Source: Somniosus microcephalus
Lineage: Eukaryota
Assembly: GCA_052327205.1 (NCBI GenBank)
Contig: CM126207.1
Coordinates: 258,106,001-258,170,000 of the forward strand
DNA length: 64,000 nucleotides
Reading direction: 5' to 3'
How positions within the stretch are numbered: the first letter of the stretch is position 1; each line of letters opens with the position of its first letter. Position numbers and translations under genes: made by a program. The notes beneath the pieces are model-generated. The model was not told the DNA's origin. It ran no database searches and saw nothing but the letters and a program-made list of their open reading frames with translations. Shown here piece after piece: positions 1 to 11,426 of this stretch.

Positions 1-930
1 TAGATTAAAGTCACCCATGATGACTGCTGTGCCCTTTTTGCACGCTTCTCTAATTTCCCTTTTAATGCCATCCCCAACCTCCGCCTTACTGTTTGGAGGT
101 CTATATACCACTCCAACTAACGTTTTCTGCCCCTTGGTATTTCTCAGTTCTACCCATACAGATTCCACATCATCAGAGGTAATATCCTTCCTTACAATTG
201 TGTTAATCCCTTCTTTAACCAGTAATGCTACCCCACCTCCCTTTCCTTTTTGCCTATCTTTCCTGAATATTGAATACCCCTGGATGTTGAGTTCCCAGCC
301 TTCGCCACCCTGGAGCCTCGTTTCCGTAATCCCAATCAAATCATATTCGTTTACCTCTATTTGTGCAGCTAATTCATCCACCTTATTACGAATGCACCTC
401 GCATTAAGACACAAACCTTCAGGCTTGTTTTTTTAATGCTCTTAGACCTATTAGAATTATTATTTACTGTGGCCATGTTTGATTTAAACCGTTGATTTCT
501 CTGAATGCCACTTATGATTTTCTCCTTCCTATCTTTTGCTTTTATCCTCATTTCCCTTTCCTCTGTCCCCCTGCTCAGGTTCCCAACCCCCTGCCATTTT
601 AGTTTAAACCCTCCCCCAGAGCACTAGCAAACACTCCCCCTAGGACATCGGTCCCGGCCCTGCCCAGGTGCAGACCATCCGGTTTGAACTGGTCCCATCT
701 CCCCCAGAACCGGTTCCAATGTCCCAGGAATTTGAATCCCTCCCCCTGGCACCATTCCTCTAGCCACGTATTCATCTGAAATATTCTTCTATTTCTACTT
801 TGACTAGCACGTGGCACTGGTAGCAATCCTGAGATTACTACCTTTGAGGTCCTATTTTTTAATTTACCTCCTAACTCCCTATACTCAGCTTTTAGGACCT
901 CATCCCGTTTTTTACCTATATCGTTGATAC
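1..930 (-). mobile_element. CR1 LINE, 5'-truncated within ORF1: SGNH esterase C-terminus (599-~930) and start of ORF2 AP endonuclease, running off the left edge
   Basis: ORF 599-826 (LPVPRAS...DGLHL...GEGLN) matches ORF1 of the CR1 at 55479-55979. Nucleotide similarity to 55480-55810 stops at ~930. Confidence 0.9.
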
Positions 931-2599
931 TCGAGCCTTAATACGGTTCAGCTCTCCCTAAAGAATCTGGTGTCCGCGGGGGGAGAAGAGGCGGGAACGG
1001 GGTGCGTGGTAAATGTAAGTACTCCAAAGAAAGACGGGGAGTCGGACATCTCAGTAAGCAGGAGGGGGCAAGACAAGGAGAGGGTGCAAGAGGCAGGAGC
1101 CTTAAAGGCGCAGCAGGATGGGAGCGGCGAGACAAAGACGCCAGAAGGGAACAATATAGGTGTGCCATTGTCCCAGAGAGAGAAGGATCAGGGAGCAAGG
1201 GTCAGAGGTGGAGATGAGGTCAAAAGGAGTGGCACTGTTGGAGAAACCGCGATAGCAGGAAGTCTCTCTATGGGAGATGATGTATCTGATGGGGAGCAGG
1301 ATTATGTATCTGACGGGAAGCAGGCACAGAGGGTTACAGAAGAGCTTGAGAGTGAGGAATTAGAGGGGGACAGAGACATTGAAGTGGGGGGTGTGGTGGC
1401 ATCATGTGGAAAAGGATAGGTTAGTGAGGGGCAGAAGGATGGAGAAAGGGCAGCTCCTTGGCCCAAACTTAATGCAAGGAAGAGGCTGAAACAGTAGGGA
1501 AGGTTCAAACAGGAGGTGAAAAAGAGTCGGAGGCTGCAGGAAAATGCAACAGCTAGCCGAAAAGTTGGGAAGGAGCATGAGAGGAGGGAAGGGCCAGAGA
1601 TTAAATGATGGGGAGATTATCAGGCATACTTCCCTTTTTCGGAGCCATGATTACATTGTTCTTGATTAATGTGAACGGACTAAGGGGTGTGAAGAAATTG
1701 CAGCAGTTGTTGCAGGGTTTTAAAGGCATGGACTTGTGTCTGCAAGAAACCTTTTGGGATGAGGATATCCTAGAAAGAGTTCAGAAGGTTTGGAAGGGAG
1801 AGGTGTTTGCAAGTTGTGCAAACAATAACCGTAGACGGGTGGCTGTTTTGGTGAGTCCGTCCATGAAAGAGAATGTTGTCTTGATGGACAAGGACACTGA
1901 GGGGAGATTTTTATGGCTAAGGGTAAAAATGGAGGAATTTAATTGCGATCTCTTTAATATCTATGCACCGAACGACCATTGCAAGCATCGCAAGTTTTTT
2001 CGGGGGTTATTCACTGAAGTGGCAGAGGTGGAAAATCCTTGTATAGTGGGGCATTTTAATGTATTTTTATCTCGTGTGGACATTTCAGTCCAGATGACCA
2101 TTAAGGATGATAATTCCAGAGGGATGATTGTAAAAATTATGGCAAATTTAAATTTGAGAGACTTATGGAGGGACCGGAACCCCATATAAAGGGAGTTCTC
2201 CAGAACAGGTTGGGTGGGTGATGTTTTAAAACAGAGCCGTATAGATTTTGTGTTAATGCGGGAAGGGTTAAGTTCTGAGGTGATGGAGATTTATTATAAA
2301 AAAGTATTTTTTAGTGACCACTCGGCTTTGGCTCTTAGAATTCGGAACAACAGAGTTAAGATCGGTTCAGGGGTGTGGATTTTAAACAATCAATACCTGA
2401 AAGAAATTGCTTATAAAGAAGGGATTTTAAATATAATAAAGAATGCTCAGAAGGAACCTTTGTTCTTGAAAGAAAGAAGAGTTTGGTGGGACAATTTCAA
2501 ATATGAGGTAAAAGTTTTTTTGATACGTTATGGGAAAAAGAGAGCGGCAGCTAACTGGGGTCGAGAAGAGAATATAAACAAAAGGTTTACGGATGTCTG

Positions 2600-2834
2600 T
2601 GATGCGCCATCAATTACTCAAAAGACTGAGGTTGAGCGAGTAACAATCAGGCTTTTATTAACTAAAGAATGAAGGTCTAGTCTCGAGTGGTCGACCCGTC
2701 CAGAATACTAAGGGACTGGGAGGTAGTCACTTATATACCTGGAATAGTGGGAGGAGTCAGCCGAGGCATGTCCAGACCTGTACCTAGTGGAATACACATA
2801 CAGACACAGACAGGTATGACAGTGGTTTACCACA
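2600..2834 (-). repeat. 3' LTR of Gypsy element 1
   Basis: Identical to 5833-6067. TATATAA and AATAAA on the minus strand. Confidence 0.97.
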
Positions 2835-2877
2835 TTCACCCCTTGTTTAAAAATGAGTCCGGCGGGGTGAAGTGTAT

Positions 2878-5808
2878 TTAAAAGTTCGTGTATTGGAGTC
2901 TCTCCGGAGGTCTTGTCTGCCGCTGTGATCGACGTGGCGACGGCAGGGGTGGTGGAGCTTCCGGCATCGCGTCCCGTGTAGGCTGGGGCCCTGGAGTGTA
3001 GTCCTCGTGGGTGACGGGCTCAGGCGTGCCGGCTGCTGGGGTTGGATATCGGGTCGTGGGGGGGGGTGGTAATGGGTAGTGGGTTACAGCGGTCCCCGAG
3101 GGTGCGAGGTCTCGTATGGAGACTGTGTCCTCCCGCCCGTCCGGGTACGCAATGTAAGCGTACTGGGGGTTGGCGTGGAGGAGGTCGACCCTCTCGACCA
3201 GGGGGTCCGTTTTATTGGCCCTCACGTGTCTTCTCAGTAGTACCGGCCCTGGGGACGTCAGCCATGGCGGTAGCGATGTCCCCGATGTGGACTTCCTTGG
3301 GAAGACAAACATTTTCTCGTGAGGGGTGGCATTGGTGGCAGTGCAGAGAAGTGACCGAATCGAGTGGAGCGCATCGGGGAGCACCTCCTGCCAGCGGGAG
3401 GTCGGAAGGCCCCTAGACTTTAAGGCTAGTAGGGCGGCCTTCCAAACAGTTGCATTCTCTCTTTCCACCTGTCCGTTCCCCCGGGGGTTGTAACTGGTGG
3501 TCCTGCTTGTGGCTATACCCCTAGCGAGCAGGTACTGGCGGAGTTCGTCGCTCATAAACGATGAGCCCCGGTCGCTATGGATATAGCTGGGGAAACCGAA
3601 CAGGGTGAAGAGGCTGTTCAGAGATTTAATGACCGTGGCACTGGTCATGTCCGGGCAGGGGATAGCGAACGGGAACCGGGAGTACTCGTCAATGATGTTG
3701 AGGAAGTACACATTGCGGTCGGAGGAGGGGAGAGGCCCTTTGAAATCGACGCTCAGGCGTTCGAAAGGGCGAGTGGCTTTTATCAGGTGGGCTCTGTCTG
3801 GTCTATAAAAGTGCGGTTTGCACTCAGCGCAGACTTGGCAGTTCTTGGTCATGGTCCTGACCTCCTCGATGGAGTAAGGCAGGTTGCGGGCCTTGATGAA
3901 GTGGAAGAACCTGGTGACCCCCGGGTGGCAGAGGTCATTGTGGAGGGCCCTCAGCCTATCGATCTGCGCGCTGGCGCAGGTGCCACGCGATAGGGCATCT
4001 GGGGGTTCATTGAGCTTCCCAGGCCGGTACAAGATCTCGTAATTGTAGGTGGAAAGTTCGATTCTCCACCTCAAGATCTTGTCATTTTTGATTTTGCCCC
4101 TCTGCTTGTTGTTGAACATAAAAGCAACTGAACGCTGGTCAGTGAGCAGGGTAAATCGTTTTCCGGCCAGGTAGTGCCTCCAATGACGCACAGCCTCCAC
4201 GATAGCCTGGGCCTCCTTCTCGACCGCGGAGTGTCTGGTCTCTGGGCCCTGGAGGGTTCGTGAGAAGAATGCCACAGGTCTCCCCGCCTGATTAAGGGTG
4301 GCGGCCAGAGCGAAGTCGGACGCATCGCTTTCCACCTGGAAGGGGATGGATTCGTCCACTGCGTGCATGGTGGCTTTGGCAATGTCTTCCTTGATACGGT
4401 GGAAGGCTAAGCGGGCCTCTGCCGTCACGGGAAAAGAGGTGGACTTGATCAGCGGACGGGCTTTGTCTGCATAGTAGGGGACCCACTGAGCGTAGTAGGA
4501 AAAAAACCCTAGGCACCTCTTCAGAGCTTTTAGGCAGTGGGGCAGTGGGAGTTCCATAAGGGGACGCATCCGGTCCGGGTCGGGACCGATGACCCCGTGT
4601 TCTACAGCACAGCCAAGGATGGCGAGGCAGTCTGTGCGGAATATGCACTTCTCCTTGTTATATGTCAGGTTCAGGAGTTGGGCGGTGCGGAGGAATTTCT
4701 CGAGGTTTGCGTCATGGTCCTGCAAGTCATGGCCGCAGATGGTCACATTATCTAGGTAAGGGAAAGTGGCCTGCAGCTCGTTTTGATCGACCATCCGGTC
4801 CATCTCCCTTTGGAAGACGGAGACCCCATTGGTAACGCCGAAGGGAACCCTAAGGAAGTGATAGAGGCGGCCGTTTGCCTCAAAAGCAGTATACTGGCGG
4901 TCTTCAGGGCTGATGGGGAGCTGGTGGTACGCTGATTTCAGGTCAATGGTCGAAAAGACGCGGTACTGCGCGATCTGGTTGACCATGTCAGCTATGCGGG
5001 GGAGTGGGTAGGCATCCAGCAGGGTGTAGCGGTTTATTGTTTGGCTGTAGTCGATGACCAGGCGTTGTTTCTCGCCGGTCTTAACGACCACAACCTGGGC
5101 TCGCCAGGGGCTGGAGCTGCCCTCAATAATCCCCTCCTTCAGGAGCCGTTCCACTTCGGTTTTGATGAAAACCCTGTCCCCGGCACTGTTGGGCTGTGGC
5201 TGGGGTGGCACGGTGCTATGGGGCTGTCCTACCGTGTCCCAGGTTGTCGTTCCCCGCGGCGTCCACGGTGCAGAGGAGTAGGCATCCATGCCCCGGAAGG
5301 CTGCGTCCAGCGTTAGTGCGATGTCGGAGGCTTTGTCGAGGGTGAGGTCACTCTGCTCCAGCAGTCGCTGTCGGGTGTAGTTGGACCTGTGGCCCGCTAC
5401 GAAGGCATCCCGGATCAGTTCCTCCATGTACTTAGTGGGCGTTACCGCCTTACACCCACAGGCCCGGCCAAGCACGGACAGTGCTTGGAGGTATTCCTCA
5501 GTCGATTCCCCAGGTTGTTGCTTGCGACTCCCCAGAAGGTGCCTAGCATATACTTCGTTCACAGGGCGCGTGTACTGGGTCTTGAGGAGCTGGAGGGCGG
5601 CTGTGTACGAGGTCGCGTCCCGGATGACTGAGTACACTCGGTGGTTCACCTTGGAGAACAGGACAGACAGTTTGTCCGCATCCGTTTCGACCGCAGTGGA
5701 GGCAGTCAGGAATGTCTCGAAGCACGTGAGCCAGTGAGCAAACTTGGTGGAAGCGTCCGCTTCCCGACTGTCCAGGTCCAGGCATGCTGGTGTGAGGATC
5801 TTCTCCAT
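2878..5808 (-). CDS. Gag-RT-RNaseH-integrase polyprotein (976 aa) lacking nucleocapsid zinc knuckles and aspartic protease
   Basis: Gag-like N-terminus. RT motifs SPWRAQVVVV, IDLKSAYHQ, YLDN. RNase H motifs SDAS, EKEA, TDQ. Integrase H..CHPG, C..C and DFKGP/SDRG/VER motifs. No D[ST]G protease motif or CCHC between Gag and RT. Confidence 0.93.
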   Translation of the reverse strand: MEKILTPACLDLDSREADASTKFAHWLTCFETFLTASTAVETDADKLSVLFSKVNHRVYSVIRDATSYTAALQLLKTQYTRPVNEVYARHLLGSRKQQPGESTEEYLQALSVLGRACGCKAVTPTKYMEELIRDAFVAGHRSNYTRQRLLEQSDLTLDKASDIALTLDAAFRGMDAYSSAPWTPRGTTTWDTVGQPHSTVPPQPQPNSAGDRVFIKTEVERLLKEGIIEGSSSPWRAQVVVVKTGEKQRLVIDYSQTINRYTLLDAYPLPRIADMVNQIAQYRVFSTIDLKSAYHQLPISPEDRQYTAFEANGRLYHFLRVPFGVTNGVSVFQREMDRMVDQNELQATFPYLDNVTICGHDLQDHDANLEKFLRTAQLLNLTYNKEKCIFRTDCLAILGCAVEHGVIGPDPDRMRPLMELPLPHCLKALKRCLGFFSYYAQWVPYYADKARPLIKSTSFPVTAEARLAFHRIKEDIAKATMHAVDESIPFQVESDASDFALAATLNQAGRPVAFFSRTLQGPETRHSAVEKEAQAIVEAVRHWRHYLAGKRFTLLTDQRSVAFMFNNKQRGKIKNDKILRWRIELSTYNYEILYRPGKLNEPPDALSRGTCASAQIDRLRALHNDLCHPGVTRFFHFIKARNLPYSIEEVRTMTKNCQVCAECKPHFYRPDRAHLIKATRPFERLSVDFKGPLPSSDRNVYFLNIIDEYSRFPFAIPCPDMTSATVIKSLNSLFTLFGFPSYIHSDRGSSFMSDELRQYLLARGIATSRTTSYNPRGNGQVERENATVWKAALLALKSRGLPTSRWQEVLPDALHSIRSLLCTATNATPHEKMFVFPRKSTSGTSLPPWLTSPGPVLLRRHVRANKTDPLVERVDLLHANPQYAYIAYPDGREDTVSIRDLAPSGTAVTHYPLPPPPTTRYPTPAAGTPEPVTHEDYTPGPQPTRDAMPEAPPPLPSPRRSQRQTRPPERLQYTNF

Positions 5809-5832
5809 TATAAAAAATTTAGTTAATAAAAT

Positions 5833-6067
5833 TGATGCGCCATCAATTACTCAAAAGACTGAGGTTGAGCGAGTAACAATCAGGCTTTTATTAACTAAAG
5901 AATGAAGGTCTAGTCTCGAGTGGTCGACCCGTCCAGAATACTAAGGGACTGGGAGGTAGTCACTTATATACCTGGAATAGTGGGAGGAGTCAGCCGAGGC
6001 ATGTCCAGACCTGTACCTAGTGGAATACACATACAGACACAGACAGGTATGACAGTGGTTTACCACA
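5833..6067 (-). repeat. 5' LTR of Gypsy element 1
   Basis: Identical to 2600-2834. Confidence 0.97.
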
Positions 6068-9000
6068 GTCTGTAAAGCAGTTGACGGAGGAGATAAGGGA
6101 GCTGAGACTAAGTTCCGTGTGCTAAAGGAAGAGTGGGAATTATTGCAAGCTGAAAAATGCAAGGGGGCCATTCTCCGTGCAAAGGCTAGAGATGCATTAG
6201 AGGGCGAAAGATGCACTAGATATTTTCTAGAGCAAGAGACGCTGCGACAGAGATTATCATTAATTGGAGAGTTGAAGGTTGGGGAGAAGATCATTCATGA
6301 AAGTGGGGAGATTTTAGAGGTGGCAAGCACCTTTTATCAAGAGTTATACACAAAAGAAGACATTTCCAATTTGGCGATGGAGAAGGTTGGTTAAAGAAGA
6401 TTTAAAGGAGGATGAGAGAAGCACGTGTGACAAAGAAGTAGGATTAGTGGAAGTAAAAGTAGCAATATGTGGAATGAAGGGGGGGGGTGGGGGAAAGCCC
6501 AGGGTCCGATGGACTAAGTGCAGAATTTTATAAAGAATTTTAAGATTTTAAGTCCATTGCTCTTAGAAGTTTTTAAGGAAATTAAAATTGAGGGAAGCCT
6601 GGCCCCATCTATGAGGAGAGGTGTCATAAGCTTAGCTTCTAAAAATAAAGGGGATAGAAGGGATCTGAAGAATTGGCGGCCCATCACATTATTAAATGTG
6701 GATTATAAGATCTTGGCGAGGGTTATGGCAAATCGTTTGAAGGAGGTGTTACCGCAGATAGTTTTGCCCTCTCAGTCCTATAGAGTCATAGGCTGGGACA
6801 TCGCAGACTCTGTGGTCTCACTCCGAGATGCGATAGAGCTCATGGAAGAGAGTGGGAGGGAGGCTTATGTATTAAAGATAGATCAAGAGAAAGCCTTTGA
6901 TAGGGTCTCTCATGAGTTTTTATTGAAGGTTTTGGAAGCATTTGGTTTCGGGGAAAATTTCATTGAGTGGATAAGGATTTTTTATTCAAACATATTTAGC
7001 TGTGTTAAATGTAATGGTTTTTTACCCAAGTATTTTCTGATACAGAGATCAGTGAGACAGGGTTGTCCCCTGTCCCCATTGTTGTACACATTGGTAGCAG
7101 AACCATTAGATTACATGATGTGAAAGAAACAAGGTGTAGTTGGGATTGTTGTTCCCAGTTCTGGGCTGGTGTCGGTGATACACCAATATGCAGATGACAC
7201 AACCTTAACATTGAGAAATGGGGAGTCAGTGAGAATAGCTATGGATGTAGTGGAGAAATATTGTAGAGCTTCAGGAGCCAGAGTGAATTATATATACTAA
7301 GTCCCAATGCCTGGTTGCGGGAAGGGGTAGGGGGGAATGGTTGGGGGAAAGTCCCTTTAAGGTGGTGGAGGTTTTGGAAGTTCTGGGGGTGCATATCGGG
7401 TGCAAGAAAGACAGGGATGAAATGGATCGATTAAATTGGGAACCGAAGGTTATGAAAATTAAAAAGATTTTGGGAAGATTGGAAAGAAGGTGGTTGAAAG
7501 TGCAAGGAAGAGCGACAGTAGTGTCTGCTCTCCTGCTATCTAAGCTATGGTACTTATTGACGGTGGAGGATATTCCTGAGTGGGCGGAAAAGTCCATCCG
7601 AGAGGCTTGTGTGAGGTTTTTATGGGAAGGGAAACCAGCCTTGGTGGCTTACAATACCATCATTGGATGGAGAAATCAGGGAGGACTCAATTTCCCAGAT
7701 ATTGATTTGAAGAAAAAATCCTTTAGAATCAAATGGGTGAAGAGATTTCCTCAGAAGTCAAATATAAGTTTTTGGAAGAGTTGTTTTGAGCATTTTTAAA
7801 AACGAAGTGGGATAGGAGGGCAGGGGATATTGTATATGGAATACAATAATATATTTTTGAAATCAATTAAACTTCTCCCTAGGTTTTATAAGGGGGTTGT
7901 AGAGACTTGGACCCAATTTTTTAAAAATGTGCAGTTTATGCCCAAGGGGGCTGAGGAATTTTTAGAACAGCCCTTATTTTTGAACAGGTGGGTCAACATT
8001 GAAGGAGAGGTTTTATTTAATCAAGCTTTTATAAAAGCTGGTATTATATGTGTGAAAGATGTATTATACGAGGTAATTCCAGGTTGGTTGCCGGAAGTGA
8101 TAGTGAGGGACATGGTGTGGGAGGAGGATCAGGAGGTAGAGGAAAAAGCAATAGGGATCATGTATGAGAAGATTGTGAGGGCAATGCCACAGGATTGGAT
8201 GGAAGAAATAAATGCGGAAATCTCCAAAGGAAGTAAAATGCGTCCCGCTTTTCCAAGCTTTCTGCTGGAGAAAGGGGGAGAGTTGGTCCAATTTGACAAC
8301 TGTAATACTCGAGATTTCTATGAGGTATTCAGAGAATGGAGATTCAAGACACCTGCTGGTCAGGAGTTTTGGCAGAGTATATACCCACAGCTGGACTTCA
8401 ACAGGATTTGGAAGGGTGTGTGGGTGAATTTTAAATGTCCAGATTGGATTGAACTGGATTTCAAATTGGCTCATAACCGGATTTTTACCATGACGGTCTT
8501 GTGCAAGATTGGGCGAGTGGAGGAGGCAACTTGCCCAGTGTGTGGGACACGGGATGAGACTCTGTCCCATTTACTGGTGTTATGTCCGGAGTTAAATGAT
8601 TTTAAGTACTATGTTCGACAGTTGTGTGAAGTTTTTTTGCTGGGTGGGGACCGAGGAGCGAGAATGGGAATCCCGTGGGACTCAATTTTGAGATGGGGAT
8701 TGCAGGAGAGTCTGCCCGAGTCTAGCGGAGTGGCAATTAATTTAATGTTTAGTTTGGCTAGTTTCGTGATTGTGCAAAGAAGGAATGCTCTGTTTTTTAA
8801 GGGGAGGAGAATCAATCTAAAAGAGTATTTTAAATATAAGCTAAAAGATCATTATAAGGCTCTGTGGGTGTTTTATTCAGAAAGGAATTTAAAGATAGTA
8901 TTTTACAATCAATTTTTAAAGTACAATCGATTAATATATGTTACAGGAGACAAATTAAACTTCAGGTTTTGATGTTAAAATGTGGTGGCGGAATGGCTGT

Positions 9001-9104
9001 GCAGAGCGGTGGAATGGAATTGTATGATACAATGAAATGATCACGATGTTGTAAAAGTTCTTAATGTTCAATAAAGTATATTAATAAAAAATAAATTTTA
9101 AAAA

Positions 9105-9258
9105 GTGGGTAGCACACACTTGCCTCTGATGTCAGAAGGTTGTAGGTTCAAGTCCCACTCCAGAGACTTGAACACATAAAGCTAAGCTGACATTCCAGTA
9201 CAGTGCTCGATGGGCTGAATGGCCTTCTTCTGTGCTGTAACCATTCTATGATTCTATA
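9105..9258 (+). mobile_element. tRNA-derived SINE (DeuSINE-type head, CR1-type tail) missing its first ~15 nt
   Basis: Head matches the SINE heads at 39601 and 49443 from GTGGGTAGCAC onward. B-box GGTTCAAGTCC. Tail GGGCTGAATGGCC...(ATTCTATG)n. Confidence 0.75.
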
Positions 9259-9726
9259 AGACTATAAAAAATTGGGGCTGTTTTTGTTATAGTATTGCAG
9301 ATTGTGGGGTGATTTGATAGAGTAGTTTAAAAAGGAAAGGATCAGAATGGACAAATAGAAACATTCTTCAACAGTTTCATTTATATTAGAATGATTGGCC
9401 ACAGAACGAAACCTCTAGACTGGAGGCAAGACGCATGATTTAAAATTTGGAAAGCTGGGCTTGCTGATGAACCCGAAGAAGTCCCAAATGTAACCATCCA
9501 GAAGATAGCTATGTGGGGAGCCTGGCTTTACCCCATCTGGGTGGTAGTACATCTATCAGAGAACATTTTGTCCTCCTTTCTGCTGGAATAAGAATAGTAG
9601 CAAAAGCATACCTCAAGATCCTAGGACAAATGGTTGCAACAAACCAGAATCTTAATTAAAGCAATTTAGTCAAATCTTCAAGTCCAGCGGTGGCCACAAG
9701 CATTTACTTTAGCACGATAGATGCAG

Positions 9727-10694
9727 TGGGGGAATTTTAACCCCACCCCCCCCAACATTGGGCGGGAAATGGTGGGGGAGGGAGGGTTAAATTGGTAAAT
9801 ATGTGAAACGCACCACGAATGCGCCTACTTCCGGTTTAACCGTGGCGGGTTTGGGGGTCAGCATTGTAACTCGCTCTGGAGAGACAGGGCAGTGATTTCA
9901 ATATGTTAATGAGGCTGCGTTCCTCAGAATTTGGCAGCCATTTGGATTTAACGGCTGCGGGCCGAGTTTCCCAGGGCTCGGTAAACCCGGCAGCTAAAGG
10001 GAGGCGGAAGTTGCCAGATTCAGCAGGTAAGTTCTTTTCCAGCACTGTTTGTGGGCCAAGAGGAGCAGGCGTGCTTCCTCCTGATCCCTCAAACAAACTT
10101 GCTGCAATCTCTCCCCTCCTCCACAATCCGATCTCTTCCTCCCCCCGCGATCTCTCCCAACACTGCCTGTGATCTCTCCTCCCGCTCCACAATCTCTTAG
10201 ACATCTTGGACCACACTCCCCCCGCAATCTCCCCTCTCCACCCTGCGATCTCTCCCCACCACCCCCATGATCACTTCCCCCCACCCCCTCGCGATCTCTC
10301 CCCATGATTTCTTGGACCACACCCCCACCCCCCCCGGCAATCTCCCCTCCCCACCCCGAGATCTCTCCCCACGCACCCCCCCACATGACCTCTCACCCCC
10401 CATGATCCCTCCCTCCTTGCTGCCACGCTCCGAGCACCCCCCACCGACCCCTGATCTTCACAATTGCCGGGGACCGACCTGAGCGGTCCCTGGCTGCGGC
10501 CTCCTACTGCAGGCTTTCACACCCGGCAGCTGGCCACCCTCTCAATCTGGCCGGTTGCCGGGCGGGAAGCAAGAGTAAAACATTTCTAATGCAGCCCTCA
10601 TGCTAAATTCGGCCTGACCACTGCCTTCCCAGTATTTCTGGCTTTGCCGGCTACTGACAGGTGTCCCCTCTCCCTCCTCGTAAATATTGGGGTC
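9727..10694. mobile_element. Non-autonomous DNA transposon (MITE) with internal C-rich degenerate repeats
   Basis: GGGGGAATTTTAAC left end and imperfect AAATATTGGGGTC right end. Internal GATCTCTCCCC repeats at ~10100-10440. Confidence 0.55.
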
Positions 10695-11100
10695 GGTATT
10701 TCTTTCTTCCCTATCCCCCTCACCCCCCTCAAGTTACTCTTGTGCAAGCATAAGGACAACATCCAGGTTTCACATTATAGCGACTATTCCTTCTTTATAA
10801 TTTAGAGTAAATGCTTCTTTTGCTCTATGGGAAATAAAATTAGATAAATACAAGGGAGACAGACACATATTAGAAACGTATTACTCCTACTTCGTGCCCT
10901 AACGTACAAAATACATTTCAGCTTGTGATAGCCAATGGCTCAAATTCCTAACCATTGTGGTGGCTGTTGCTTTAGCTAGGATCCTGATCACCTTTACCTG
11001 AATGCCATTCAATATATCGACTGATATCCTCCATTAGACCGGCCGAGACTGACTCATGCTACATACTGGACTGACAGACATGTATCAACATTAGACTATA

Positions 11101-11426
11101 GGGCCTAGAAATTCAGTGGCGCCCCGTTTGGGGCGCCAGTCTCGCCAGGGCGCCAGAAGTACTGCCCTGGAAGGAGTCGCGAACGCCCGCCAGAAATTCA
11201 GTTTCAGCGCCCCAGATGGAAGCGCAGCGCTACTCGAGGCGCCCCACATCCGTCTTGGGGCGCTGCAACTGAAGTTTGTAGCGCAACGTGCTGCAGCGCC
11301 ACACCCTGCGGCACGGCGCACTGCGGTACTGCAGGCCTTCCTCCCCTTCTTAAAGGGGAGGGGCCTGCTGCAGCGCGATCTGAGATCGCGAGTGCCGGCA
11401 AAAGAGCCCAGCACCGAGGAGAAGTG
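11101..11426. mobile_element. GC-rich MITE, left portion only, abutting a Vingi-like LINE
   Basis: GGCCTAGAAATT end. Strong similarity to 45609-45935 and 20640-20890. Confidence 0.75.

Larger units (their letters stand above)
2600..6067 (-). mobile_element. Ty3/Gypsy LTR retrotransposon, young, internally deleted
   Basis: Identical 235-bp TG...CA LTRs, 5-bp TSD GTCTG (2595-2599, 6068-6072), polypurine tract AAACAAGGGGTGAA next to the 3' LTR, RT-RNaseH-integrase domain order. Confidence 0.97.
1626..8972 (+). pseudogene. Tx1 ORF2 (endonuclease, reverse transcriptase, zinc knuckle) broken by stops, frameshifts and the Gypsy insertion
   Basis: ORF pieces 1605-2189, 2214-2599, 6073-6394, 6518-7123, 7341-7799, 7830-8972. 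Reading continues KRFTDVC/KAVDGG once the Gypsy and one TSD copy are removed. Confidence 0.88.
931..9104 (+). mobile_element. Tx1-clade (L1 group) non-LTR retrotransposon, degenerate, interrupted by a Gypsy element at 2600-6067
   Basis: APE motifs (INVNGLR, LQET, NIYAPN, SRIDF, SDH), RT motifs (KNWRPITLLNVDYKILA, DQEKAFDRV, RQGCPLSP, QYADD), C-terminal CPVCG..ETLSHL..C knuckle, A-rich tail with AATAAA at ~9070-9104. Confidence 0.9.

Noticed and set aside
3042-5826. Plus-strand ORFs over Gypsy element 1
   Set aside because: Antisense shadows of a GC-rich pol gene with no recognisable motifs.
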